The notes under the pieces: generated by a model
Told to the model about the DNA's origin: nothing
Databases searched by the model: none
The model's input: the letters and a program-made list of their open reading frames with translations, nothing else
Assembly (NCBI GenBank): GCA_963715195.1
Contig: CAVQRT010000030.1
Coordinates: 192,001-256,000 of the forward strand
Reading direction: 5' to 3'
Length of the DNA: 64,000 nucleotides
Source: Thermodesulfovibrionales bacterium
Lineage (GTDB): Bacteria; Nitrospirota; Thermodesulfovibrionia; Thermodesulfovibrionales; SM23-35
Program-made: the position numbers and the translations under genes
Shown here: piece after piece, positions 21,345 to 30,881 of the stretch
Position numbering within the stretch: position 1 is the first letter of the stretch
How the letters are laid out: every line of letters starts with the position of its first letter

Positions 21345-21626
21345 ATGACGAAATCAGTCCTGGTAGAAAAGGTATCTGAGAGAATCGGCAGCCTTACGAA
21401 AAAACAGACGGAAATCGTTGTTGACACCGTTTTTGACAGCATAAAAGAAGCCCTTGTGAAGGGAGAAAAGATCGAAATCAGAGGGTTTGGAAATTTTAAG
21501 CCGAAAGTCCGGAAACCCCGAAGGGCCCGTAATCCGAAAACAGGGGAAAGAGTCGATGTGCCCGGGAAACGTGTTCTGCATTTTAAGGTGGGGAAAGCCC
21601 TCAGAGATGCGATGAACCCCGGATAG
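21345..21626 (+). CDS. ihfB: Integration host factor beta / HU family
   Basis: MTKSVLVE...IEIRGFGNF...ARNPKTGE...FKVGK; AGGAGG RBS; usual position after rpsA-sppA. Confidence 0.9.
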   Translation: MTKSVLVEKVSERIGSLTKKQTEIVVDTVFDSIKEALVKGEKIEIRGFGNFKPKVRKPRRARNPKTGERVDVPGKRVLHFKVGKALRDAMNPG

Positions 21627-21739
21627 GATTACATTCGCAAAGCGTTCATACCAGCAGATTACTGCGGGTACCAGTTACACAGAGCAGTAAGCATACGTAT
21701 ACTCCTGTCAAAAACCTTGCCTGATGATACAATGATCAC

Positions 21740-23332
21740 ATGAAAGGAAAAGTGTATTTAGTCGGCGCAGGACCGGGTGACATCGGCCTGCTTACCATTA
21801 AAGGACTGAAATGTCTGAGGAAAGCCGATGTTGTCATCTATGATTTCCATCTGAATGCACAGGTTTTGAATTACATTAGTCATAACGCCGAATTTATCTA
21901 TGCGGGGAAACGGGGCGGTCATCACACATTGACTCAGGATGAAATCAATAACATCCTTGTCCGGAAGGCAAAGGAAGGAAAAATTATCTGCAGACTGAAG
22001 GGCGGAGACCCCTTTGTTTTTGGCCGGGGGGGGGAGGAGGCAGAGGCTCTGTCAAGGGAAGGAATAGCATTTGAAGTAGTACCGGGCGTGAGTTCGGCCA
22101 TCGCAGCGCCTGCATATGCCGGGATCCCCCTGACCCACAGGCTTTTATCTTCTTCATTTGCCGTTATTCCAGGTTATGAAGATGCCGCAAAAAAGGAGAG
22201 CATGATCGACTGGTCAAAGCTCGCAACGGGAGTCGGTACCCTTGTTTTTCTTATGGCGGTAAAAAACGTGGATCTGATTGTTCGAAAATTGATGGAGCAC
22301 GGCAGACCTTCTGAAACCCCCGTTGCTGTTGTCAGATGGGGTACGCGGCCTGACCAAAAGACGATCGTTGGGACATTGGAGAGCATTCCGGCGATTGTCA
22401 GGGAAAAGCATATCCAACCGCCTGCAGTAATGATTGTCGGTGAAGTGGTCAATCTGCGGAAGACCCTGAAATGGTATGAAAAAAAGCCGCTGTTCGGATA
22501 CCGGATACTGGTGACTCGGGAACATATGGAAGGATTTGAACGATTGGAAGAAATGGGTGCAGAGATTCTGGAATTTCCGACGATCGAAATTATTCCGCCG
22601 GCAAGCTATGCAGAGCTTGATTCCTCTATTGAACGCATCACGTCATATGACTGGATTGTCTTTACCAGCCGGAATGGCGTGAAATATTTTTTCAGGCGGT
22701 TTTTCGAAAGAGATAAGGATATCAGGGAACTGAAAGGGATAAGAATCTGCACGGTCGGGACAAAGACTGCACAGGAAGTTAAGAACTATGGCATGAAAGT
22801 TGATTTGATACCCGGTGATTTCCGCGCAGAGGGCCTCATCGAGTCATTCGTGAAACTCGGCCAGGGGCATAGTACTGCTTCCGGACAGAAAATCAAAAAC
22901 TCAGGATTTCTCAAGGGCATGCGCTTCCTGCTTCCGAGGGCAGAAAAAGCACGGGAGATATTCCCTGAGAAAGTAAGAGAGCTGGGTGGAGAAATCGATG
23001 TCCCTGTTGTGTACAGGACTGTAAAACCTGAATCGCGGGGAAAAAGACTCCGGAGATTTTTACGGGAAGGAAGGATTTCGATGGCTACTTTCACGAGCGG
23101 AGCAACGTTTGATAATTTCAGAGAAATTATGGGCGAGGATGCTGACGAATATTTGCAAGGGATCCCTATTGCGGCCATAGGCCCGGTAACGGCAAAGTCA
23201 ATCGAAAAAGCAGGGCTTCGTGTTGACATAATGCCGAAGGAAGCCACTATAGAAGCAATGGTAGAAGAGATTATACAATGGATACAAAAGAAGCATGCAA
23301 AAGAAATCAAATCAGACGATCAAAATACTTAA
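21740..23332 (+). CDS. cobA: Uroporphyrinogen-III C-methyltransferase / synthase fusion (CobA-HemD)
   Basis: VYLVGAGPGD, RLKGGDPFVFGRGGEE; C-terminal HemD domain (FTSRNGV, AIGPVTA). Confidence 0.93.
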   Translation: MKGKVYLVGAGPGDIGLLTIKGLKCLRKADVVIYDFHLNAQVLNYISHNAEFIYAGKRGGHHTLTQDEINNILVRKAKEGKIICRLKGGDPFVFGRGGEEAEALSREGIAFEVVPGVSSAIAAPAYAGIPLTHRLLSSSFAVIPGYEDAAKKESMIDWSKLATGVGTLVFLMAVKNVDLIVRKLMEHGRPSETPVAVVRWGTRPDQKTIVGTLESIPAIVREKHIQPPAVMIVGEVVNLRKTLKWYEKKPLFGYRILVTREHMEGFERLEEMGAEILEFPTIEIIPPASYAELDSSIERITSYDWIVFTSRNGVKYFFRRFFERDKDIRELKGIRICTVGTKTAQEVKNYGMKVDLIPGDFRAEGLIESFVKLGQGHSTASGQKIKNSGFLKGMRFLLPRAEKAREIFPEKVRELGGEIDVPVVYRTVKPESRGKRLRRFLREGRISMATFTSGATFDNFREIMGEDADEYLQGIPIAAIGPVTAKSIEKAGLRVDIMPKEATIEAMVEEIIQWIQKKHAKEIKSDDQNT

Positions 23333-23508
23333 TCCAAACAGTTCAGACATTGTTCAAAAAATTATGCAACTCGATGATTTAATGAAAATATTTTTTATCT
23401 TTTTCTGAATAAACATATCGGTGAAACCATCAGGTGAAGGGACATTATGGTATCGAAAAATAAATTTTCTCACACTATGAGCACTTTTCAAATACATTTT
23501 CTGGTTTA

Positions 23509-25536
23509 ATGAATCTGCCTGAACTTGATGCCCTCCTCTTTTTCCTCGTAAATCTAAATCTTCAGAACAGCTTCTTTGATCTCGTGATGCCTTTTATTAC
23601 CAAAAATGTCTGGATGATTTTTCTGCCCCTTTTTCTATGGTGTGCTGCAAAGGACAGGAAAACAGCACTGCTTGCCCTTGTTCTCGGAGTTGGGGCGCTC
23701 CTGCTGGCTGACTGGACATCGAATACCCTCAAACATTTCTTCGGACGTGTCAGGCCATGCCATATGCTGGACGGAGTGAGATTGCTTGTAGGGTGCGGGG
23801 AATCATTTTCGATGCCTTCCAGTCATGCAGTGAACGCCTTTGCATTTATGACCCCTTTTTACCTGCTGCTGCAAAGGAACCGGATCCGTTACCTTTTTCT
23901 TGTCGTTGCTGTTACGGTGGGCTTCTCAAGAGTCTATGTGGGCGTTCATTATCCCTCTGACGTCCTTGCGGGGGCACTGATTGGTATGCTCGTGTCGGTA
24001 TTGGTTTTGCATTCGTATCGGGTGGCATCGAAGAGGTTTCAGAAAAACCCTTTGTCAACGGTGCTGACAGTTTCCCTCATTTGTATCGGACTTTTCCGTA
24101 TCTATTACATTCAGAATGGTCCGCTGGAGCTGAGTCCTGACGAAGCACATTACTGGGAATGGTCCCGCAGGCTCGATCTCAGTTACTATTCGAAGGGACC
24201 AATGATCGCATACCTTATTCATCTCGGCACCGGCCTCTTCGGGGATACGGTTTTTGGCATCAGGATTATGGCTGTTGTTTTTTCAACACTGAGCAGTATG
24301 GTGCTGTATTTTTTCGGAAGAAGGGTTTATGACGAAAAGGCCGGATTGCTTTCGGCACTTATCATTCAGATAATCCCCCTTTTTTCAGCCTATGGGGTTA
24401 TCTTTACCATTGATTCCCCGTTTATATTTTTTTGGATCCTGGCGCTTTTTTTATTCGGGGAATCTCTCCACCAAACTCATACTGCGCATCCTAAAACGAT
24501 TCTCTCCTGGAGCATGCTCGGCCTGTCTGTAGGGCTTGGTTTGTTGACTAAATATTCCATGGCGTTCTTCTATCCCTGTGCTTTTCTGTTCCTGTTGATT
24601 TCGAAGGAGACGAGAAAAATTCTTCTGACAAAAGGTCCTTACCTTGCCTGTATCCTGAGTATCCTCATATTCAGTCCGGTCATTGTGTGGAATGCAACCC
24701 GCAACTGGGTGACACTCAGGCATACTGCGGGGCAGGTCCATATTGCGGAGGGATTGCAGATTTCCCCTCTGAGCTTCCTGGAGTTCATCGGATCGCAACT
24801 CGGGGTAATAACGCCTCTATTGCTGATATTGATGATTGTTGCCCTTGTGCAATTGCGGCGGAAATACCCTGGCTCTCTTCTGTTCTGGTTTTCTGTTCCG
24901 GTGATCGGTTTTTTTCTTCTGAAGAGTGTTCAGGGAAAGGTCCAGGCGAACTGGGCACTGCCGGGTTATGTCACAGGCATCGTCGCTTTTGCAGCTTACG
25001 CCCTAAAAAAATTCCTTCACGACGCGAAATGGAAAAGGATTTTGACAGCGACTGCACTTTCCATGGCATTGACCGTCACTTCCATAGCCCATTACCCGGC
25101 CATACTCAACCTTCCCGTGCGCTTTGATCCTGCGGCACGCCTCACCGGATGGAAAGACCTGGGGTCAGAAGTCTCAGCGTTCTATGAAGAAATGTTACTC
25201 AACAAACCGGTATTTATCTTCTCTGACCGTTATCAGATTTCAAGCCAGCTTGCTTTTTATGTTCGGGGGCATCCCGTAACGTATTGTATCAACGGAAACC
25301 GGAGGATGAACCAGTATGATCTGTGGCCATCATTTCATACGTTCATCCACTCTGATGCAATCTTTGTCAGAACAGGCGATGTGCGTATTCCGGAACACGT
25401 GGCAGGCGCTTTTGAGAAAGTTGAGAAAAAGGTATTTACCGCTTATACTAAGAAGCATGCAAAAATCAGAGACTACTCCATTTTCCTCTGTTACGATTTC
25501 AAGGGATTAGATCCGGAGAAACCGGTGACATACTGA
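23509..25536 (+). CDS. PAP2 phosphatase fused to ArnT/GT-C (GT83/PMT-like) glycosyltransferase
   Basis: N-terminal PAP2 motifs KHFFGRVRP, PSSH, SRVYVGVHYPSD. C-terminal part has PDEAHYWEWSRRLDLSYYSKGP, GLLTKY and multiple TM helices. Confidence 0.85.
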   Translation: MNLPELDALLFFLVNLNLQNSFFDLVMPFITKNVWMIFLPLFLWCAAKDRKTALLALVLGVGALLLADWTSNTLKHFFGRVRPCHMLDGVRLLVGCGESFSMPSSHAVNAFAFMTPFYLLLQRNRIRYLFLVVAVTVGFSRVYVGVHYPSDVLAGALIGMLVSVLVLHSYRVASKRFQKNPLSTVLTVSLICIGLFRIYYIQNGPLELSPDEAHYWEWSRRLDLSYYSKGPMIAYLIHLGTGLFGDTVFGIRIMAVVFSTLSSMVLYFFGRRVYDEKAGLLSALIIQIIPLFSAYGVIFTIDSPFIFFWILALFLFGESLHQTHTAHPKTILSWSMLGLSVGLGLLTKYSMAFFYPCAFLFLLISKETRKILLTKGPYLACILSILIFSPVIVWNATRNWVTLRHTAGQVHIAEGLQISPLSFLEFIGSQLGVITPLLLILMIVALVQLRRKYPGSLLFWFSVPVIGFFLLKSVQGKVQANWALPGYVTGIVAFAAYALKKFLHDAKWKRILTATALSMALTVTSIAHYPAILNLPVRFDPAARLTGWKDLGSEVSAFYEEMLLNKPVFIFSDRYQISSQLAFYVRGHPVTYCINGNRRMNQYDLWPSFHTFIHSDAIFVRTGDVRIPEHVAGAFEKVEKKVFTAYTKKHAKIRDYSIFLCYDFKGLDPEKPVTY

Positions 25537-26483
25537 TGACGCTTTCTGTCGTGATCCCTCTCTACAATGAAGAAGAGAATATTCAGCTTCTTTACGACCG
25601 GTTAAAAAAATCTCTTGACCCTATGGGGCAGGAATACGAAATCTTGTTCGTCGATGACGGGAGCACCGACCGGACACTTTCCCTCCTCGAAAAAATTCAG
25701 GCTGATGATAAACGGGTAATGGTACTAAGTCTCCGGAGAAATTTTGGACAGACCGCGGCATTTGCAGCAGGGTTTGATTTTGCCCGGGGAGATGTTGTTG
25801 TTACCATGGATGGCGATCTGCAGAATGATCCATCTGATATACCGAAACTTATCGGCATGATAAAAGATTACGATCTTGTGAGCGGCTGGCGGAAAGAAAG
25901 GAAAGACCCGTTTTTTACCAGAAGGTTACCTTCTATCATAGCGAACTGGCTGATAAGCAATGTCACCGGCGTCAAACTTCATGATTACGGATGTTCACTC
26001 AAGGCTTACAGGAGGGAAGTAATAAAGAATCTCAAGCTCTATGGAGAGATGCACAGGTTTATCCCAGCCGTTGCGAGCTGGTATGGAGTCCGGGTTGCGG
26101 AAGTTGAAACCGTCCATCACCCGAGACTTTACGGCAAATCAAAATACGGCATATCCCGTACGATCAAAGTTGTCCTAGACCTGATCACGGTAAAATTCCT
26201 CCAGAGCTTTTCCACGAAACCGATTCAGTTTTTCGGGCCTGTCGGCATGGTGAGCGGCATTCTTGGATTCCTCATCCTGCTTTATCTGAGCATCGACAAA
26301 CTCTTTTTCGGGAATCCTATAGGGGGCAGACCGCTGATTTTGCTGGGAGCTCTCCTGATAATCGTCGGTATCCAGCTTATTGGAATGGGACTTCTGGGAG
26401 AAATGCTCGTGAGGGTATACCATGAGAGCCAGAGAAAACCTATTTACGTAATGAAGAAGATCCTTGGCCCTGAAAGCAAATAA
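25536..26483 (+). CDS. Polyprenyl-phosphate glycosyltransferase GT2 (ArnC/GtrB-like)
   Basis: SVVIPLYNEEENI, VDDGSTD, RNFGQTAA, MDGDLQNDP; two C-terminal TM helices. Confidence 0.9.
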   Translation: MTLSVVIPLYNEEENIQLLYDRLKKSLDPMGQEYEILFVDDGSTDRTLSLLEKIQADDKRVMVLSLRRNFGQTAAFAAGFDFARGDVVVTMDGDLQNDPSDIPKLIGMIKDYDLVSGWRKERKDPFFTRRLPSIIANWLISNVTGVKLHDYGCSLKAYRREVIKNLKLYGEMHRFIPAVASWYGVRVAEVETVHHPRLYGKSKYGISRTIKVVLDLITVKFLQSFSTKPIQFFGPVGMVSGILGFLILLYLSIDKLFFGNPIGGRPLILLGALLIIVGIQLIGMGLLGEMLVRVYHESQRKPIYVMKKILGPESK

Positions 26484-27396
26484 AATCCTCCCGGCCGCAA
26501 TCAAGCTCTGCATAAGCTCGGCACTCCTGTATTTTATTTTTGCCAGGACAGGCCTCACCGAGATACTCAGAACACTCGGCGGTATCAACATTTTTGCATT
26601 TATTGCAGCGATTTTCCTCTATCTGCTTGCTCAGCTGATTTCCACCTTGCGTTGGAAGTTGCTGCTTCCCGGCGGATTCGGGTTGAAAAAGCTCTTTTCG
26701 TTGTACATGATCGGAGCTTTTTTTAATTCTTTTCTTCCCGGGATCATCGGAGGAGATGCGATCAAGGGGTTTTATCTTTACAAAACAACCGGCAAGGTCG
26801 GCCTTGCGCTGGCGTCTGTTTTTATGGACAGATATCTTGGCCTAGTGGTTTTAATTGCGATATGTGCTGTGGCTTTCCCTTTTGGATATCAATACCTGCA
26901 TGGAACAAACATAGCATGGGTTTTACTGTCGGTAATTCTGTCTTTTATCATCGGGAGCTTTCTGTTTTTCGGCCTGCGTATTGGGAAACAGATTAAACAC
27001 CTCGCAGATCTGTACAATTATTTCCATATCTACCGCAACGAGAGGGGCACCATAGGAAAAGCACTGCTTCTTTCAGTATTTGTTCAGCTCGCCGGGTTCT
27101 CAGCCGTGTATATCCTTGCACAGGGGCTTGGACAAAATATCCCATTTCTTTCACTCTTTATTTACCTGCCGCTCATTATATTGGTTTCGATGATTCCGAT
27201 ATCAATCTCCGGCCTCGGTGTTCGGGAAGGAGCATTCGTTCTGTTTTTTGGCTTTATCGGAGTAAAGCCCGAGGCTGCCACAGCAATTTCCCTGTCCTGG
27301 TTTATATCAGCTTCGGTTGGAAGTCTCATCGGTCTGATTGAATATGTGAAGTTTAAAAAAGAAGAAAACGGCATACCGATTCAAGAAGATCAATAA
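26464..27396 (+). CDS. Lysylphosphatidylglycerol-synthase-TM / flippase-like membrane protein
   Basis: RWKLLL...FFNSFLPGIIGGDA...IPISISGLGVRE. Confidence 0.85.
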   Translation: MALKANKILPAAIKLCISSALLYFIFARTGLTEILRTLGGINIFAFIAAIFLYLLAQLISTLRWKLLLPGGFGLKKLFSLYMIGAFFNSFLPGIIGGDAIKGFYLYKTTGKVGLALASVFMDRYLGLVVLIAICAVAFPFGYQYLHGTNIAWVLLSVILSFIIGSFLFFGLRIGKQIKHLADLYNYFHIYRNERGTIGKALLLSVFVQLAGFSAVYILAQGLGQNIPFLSLFIYLPLIILVSMIPISISGLGVREGAFVLFFGFIGVKPEAATAISLSWFISASVGSLIGLIEYVKFKKEENGIPIQEDQ

Positions 27397-27405
27397 GGAG
27401 GAACG

Positions 27406-27906
27406 ATGGTTCTTTATCTTGTGCGGCACGCAGATGCCAGGAAGGAAGAAGAGGACCCTTTGCGAGCATTATCCGAAAAGGGCATCTCCGATATTACCCG
27501 GATCGCTTCCTGTGTCCGGCAATTGAACCCTCATGCCCTTAGAATATTTCATAGCCCCAAATTGAGAGCGAGACAGACAGCAGAAATTTTATCCGAGTAT
27601 CTGAATCCTGTAAAGGGTCCTTCAGAAGTGGATGGCCTGTCACCCCTTGATCATCCTGATATCTGGGCAGTTCGTATACAAAATACATATGATGATACGA
27701 TTCTCGTCGGGCACCTGCCGCATCTCGGGCGTCTTGCATCCTTGCTCCTGTGCGGGAATTTGGCGAAGAATGTCATCGCGTTCAGAACGGCGTCTATCAC
27801 CTGCCTCAAAAGGGATGACGCAGGGCTATGGAGTTTAGCCTGGATGCTGACCCCTGAAATTCTTCTCGGTGAACAAGGAACAGGATATACGTGTGATAGC
27901 TTATAA
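27406..27906 (+). CDS. sixA: Phosphohistidine phosphatase SixA
   Basis: LYLVRHADA, HSPKLRARQTA, LVGHLP. Confidence 0.9.
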   Translation: MVLYLVRHADARKEEEDPLRALSEKGISDITRIASCVRQLNPHALRIFHSPKLRARQTAEILSEYLNPVKGPSEVDGLSPLDHPDIWAVRIQNTYDDTILVGHLPHLGRLASLLLCGNLAKNVIAFRTASITCLKRDDAGLWSLAWMLTPEILLGEQGTGYTCDSL

Positions 27907-27918
27907 CGGAGTCATGAT

Positions 27919-29301
27919 ATGAAATTGCAATTCCTTGGTGGTGCGAGGACCGTTACCGGCTCCTGCTTCTACATCGAATGTAACCAACTAAAAATCCTTG
28001 TGGATTGCGGGCTCTACCAGGGTGAAAATTCTGAAGAAATTAACAGGGTGCCCTTTAACTTCAAGCCTGAAGATATCGATTTCATTTTTATCACTCACGC
28101 GCATATAGACCATTCCGGTATGCTCCCGAGAATTGTACGTGAGGGGTTTGCGGGCAAAATACTGACGACGCCGGCAACGCGGGACCTTCTTGAAATCATG
28201 CTCTATGACTCCGCACAGATACAGGAAAGCGACGCTGCATGGCAGACAAAAAAAGCTGTCAGGGCTGCAAAGGTTTCTGTCTCGCCGCTTTATACCGTTG
28301 AGGATGTAAAAAATACAATGCCTTTTTTTGAAATGAAACCATACGATACGATTTTTCATCTTGGCAGAGGGATCAAGTACCGGTTTTTAGATGCCGGGCA
28401 TATCCTTGGTTCAGGAACCCTTGAAGTCTGGTTTCAGGACAGCGGGGGAGAAAGGAAGATAGTTTTCTCCGGAGATATCGGGAAAAAAGACAACCCGATT
28501 ATCAGAGACCCATCTGCCCCTGTTGAGGCAGATTTCATTGTCATGGAGTCAACATATGGCAACAGGCGGCACAAGGCATTGAGTGACAGTATTGATGAAC
28601 TGGTCCAGGCAATCAAAATAACGTTTAAAAAAGGTGGAAACGTTTATATTCCCTCATTCGCCGTCGGCAGGACGCAAGACCTCCTCTATATCCTGAACGA
28701 CCTTGTGAGGGAGAAGAGGCTTTACAATATTCATGTCTACCTTGACAGTCCTCTCGCAGAAGAGGCAACAAAAGTCTACCTGGCACACCCTGAAGTATTT
28801 GATGAAGAGGCAAAAAGACGATTTTCCACTGATGAATTTGATGATTCTCTGAAGCTTCACTTTATACAGAGCGTTCAGGAATCGATGGCTTTGAACAGAA
28901 TCAGGTCCGGGATTCTCGTGATCGCCGGGAGCGGCATGTGTGAAGGTGGAAGAATGCGGCACCATCTGAAGCATAATTTGTGGAGGCAGGAATGCAGCAT
29001 CATATTTGTCGGGTATCAGGGGAAGGGTACGCTGGGAAGGCAGATTGTGGATGGTGCGAAATTTGTAAATGTCCTTGGCGATGAAATAGCGGTCAGGGCG
29101 TCTGTATATACCATCAACGGTTTTTCAGCCCATGCGGATCAGGCTGAACTTGTTGACTGGATTTCCTGTTTCAAAAATTCACCCGAGGTATTCATTGTAC
29201 ATGGGGAGGAAGATGTTGCGGTTGCTTTCGGTGAATTCGTGATGGAGAAATTCGGGTTTCGTACCCATGTGCCTGAAAAAGGAGACGTATTTGAGATATA
29301 G
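27919..29301 (+). CDS. MBL-fold metallo-hydrolase with beta-CASP domain (putative RNase)
   Basis: THAHIDHSG, AGHILGS, FSGDIG, MESTYG, GSGMCEGGR, FSAHAD, VHGE. Confidence 0.9.
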   Translation: MKLQFLGGARTVTGSCFYIECNQLKILVDCGLYQGENSEEINRVPFNFKPEDIDFIFITHAHIDHSGMLPRIVREGFAGKILTTPATRDLLEIMLYDSAQIQESDAAWQTKKAVRAAKVSVSPLYTVEDVKNTMPFFEMKPYDTIFHLGRGIKYRFLDAGHILGSGTLEVWFQDSGGERKIVFSGDIGKKDNPIIRDPSAPVEADFIVMESTYGNRRHKALSDSIDELVQAIKITFKKGGNVYIPSFAVGRTQDLLYILNDLVREKRLYNIHVYLDSPLAEEATKVYLAHPEVFDEEAKRRFSTDEFDDSLKLHFIQSVQESMALNRIRSGILVIAGSGMCEGGRMRHHLKHNLWRQECSIIFVGYQGKGTLGRQIVDGAKFVNVLGDEIAVRASVYTINGFSAHADQAELVDWISCFKNSPEVFIVHGEEDVAVAFGEFVMEKFGFRTHVPEKGDVFEI

Positions 29302-29322
29302 GTCCTGTGCCAAATTACACGC

Positions 29323-30168
29323 GTGCTGACCCGGATAACAGAAGAAACCTTCGAATGCCTTCTTCATTGTTTCGAAAGTGCATCAATCGTTGAACTCAGA
29401 GATGTTGCCTTCATTGATCCCTACGGCATGATAAGTATTCTTGAGATCGGAGAGTATTTACAATCCAGGGGAATTCAAAAAAATCTGGTTCTTCCTGAAT
29501 CTGAAGAAGTACTGAAATACCTTGAACGCATGGATTTCTTTTCATGTGCCGAAAGATATTTTGGATTTTTACCCGGAAAGCCGGTCATAAAAAACAAATA
29601 CCTGAGAAATATGGGTTCCGACGTCCTGCTGGAGATTACACCGATCATCAAATCCGATGATATCCACTACATTGTGGGAAAGGTAAAGGAACGAAGTCAC
29701 TCGATCCTGACAAAACATCTTCACTATGATGAAAATGCAATCAATCACTTTATCGTGTCTTTGTCAGAGATTTGCCAAAATATTATCGAGCACAGCGAAT
29801 GCAAGGGTTTCGTCGGCATACAGAAGTACCACTTTCAGAATCTTAATAAGAATATGGCGAAGATTGCCGTTATGGATATCGGGAGGGGGTTCAGAGGATC
29901 ACTTTCGGAAAGGTTCTCATTGAAAAGCGATAGCGAGGCTATCGGGAAGGGCTTGCTTCACGGTGCATCACGGTTCGTTGACAAAGGAAGAGGACACGGA
30001 TTATCCGCAGTAAGGAGATTTGTGAAACACTGGAACGGGAAACTTTCAATCCGTTCAGGAACTGCAAAATTGTCGATCATACCGGGTTGGGCGAAAGGCA
30101 AAACCAGGGAGCAGAATCTCCGGTATTTCCCGGGAGCCCAGATAAATATTCTGCTGCCGGAGGTATAA
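29323..30168 (+). CDS. STAS-like domain + GHKL (HATPase_c) protein
   Basis: N-terminal ELRDVAFIDPYGM is STAS-like. N-box EICQNIIEHS, G1 DIGRGF, G2 GRGHGL. No H-box or TM segment. Confidence 0.75.
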   Translation: MLTRITEETFECLLHCFESASIVELRDVAFIDPYGMISILEIGEYLQSRGIQKNLVLPESEEVLKYLERMDFFSCAERYFGFLPGKPVIKNKYLRNMGSDVLLEITPIIKSDDIHYIVGKVKERSHSILTKHLHYDENAINHFIVSLSEICQNIIEHSECKGFVGIQKYHFQNLNKNMAKIAVMDIGRGFRGSLSERFSLKSDSEAIGKGLLHGASRFVDKGRGHGLSAVRRFVKHWNGKLSIRSGTAKLSIIPGWAKGKTREQNLRYFPGAQINILLPEV

Positions 30169-30198
30169 ACTTTCCGGAGAATGTTTTACAATACCCCT

Positions 30199-30591
30199 AT
30201 GAAAGCCGGTAAAAATCTTGTTATTGTCGGTGATCGAGTTCTTATCGATCCTGATGAAGGGACCGATAAGAGGAGTTCAGGGCTTTATCTTCCTCCGACC
30301 GTCAGGGAAAAGGAAAAAGTGCTCAGCGGATATGTTGTGAAGACGGGACCGGGGTATCCTGTTCCCGACCCAACTGTATCTGATGAGCCATGGGCTGACA
30401 GCAGGAAAAAGGAAGTAAAATATGTTCCGCTGCAGGCAACAGCAGGGGATTACGCCATATTCCTGAAGGAGGTTGCTGTGGAGATAGAGTTTGAGGAGAA
30501 GAAATATTTGATCGTCCCCCATTCCGCAATCCTCGCCCTTGTACGCATAGACTTAACAGAAGTGGAACACGAAGGCGAATCTGAGTCCTAA
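30199..30591 (+). CDS. Orphan GroES-family (Cpn10) protein with extended loop
   Basis: GDRVLI, SSGLYLP mobile-loop-like motif, VVKTGPG, KYLIV...ILA; an extra insert after GPG; no groEL in the window. Confidence 0.8.
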   Translation: MKAGKNLVIVGDRVLIDPDEGTDKRSSGLYLPPTVREKEKVLSGYVVKTGPGYPVPDPTVSDEPWADSRKKEVKYVPLQATAGDYAIFLKEVAVEIEFEEKKYLIVPHSAILALVRIDLTEVEHEGESES

Positions 30592-30679
30592 GCCCTTGGC
30601 ATCTCTTTTGTCACTCAATAGAAGAAGTCATTATCTGACAAGAAAACATCCTCAATGAATATCCAATGGCAAAATTTTC

Positions 30680-30733
30680 TTGACAATTATTTTTACTATA
30701 TGATTCAATTGATTCAATTGAATAATCATATAG
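30680..30733 (+). promoter_or_regulatory. Promoter with nested inverted/direct repeat (operator candidate)
   Basis: TTGACA at 30680-30685. 10-bp inverted arms CTATATGATT (30696-30705) / AATCATATAG (30724-30733). Tandem TGATTCAAT x2 at 30701-30718. Palindrome ATTCAATTGAAT at 30712-30723. Confidence 0.55.
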
Positions 30734-30776
30734 AATAGTTTTTGATGATTGATAGCTCGAATAATACAGAAAAATT

Positions 30777-30881
30777 ATGATCCTTGGTAACGAAGATATA
30801 AAAGAACTGATCGCCGAGATTCCGGAAGGACATAGGCAAATGAGTGCAGAATGCAAATTTATTCTCTCTATAAACTCCTGA
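30777..30881 (+). pseudogene. Short ORF / truncated gene remnant
   Basis: MILGNEDIKELIAEIPEGHR... resembles the N-terminus of a conserved hypothetical family as I recall it, but it stops after 34 codons and overlaps the next gene. Confidence 0.4.
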
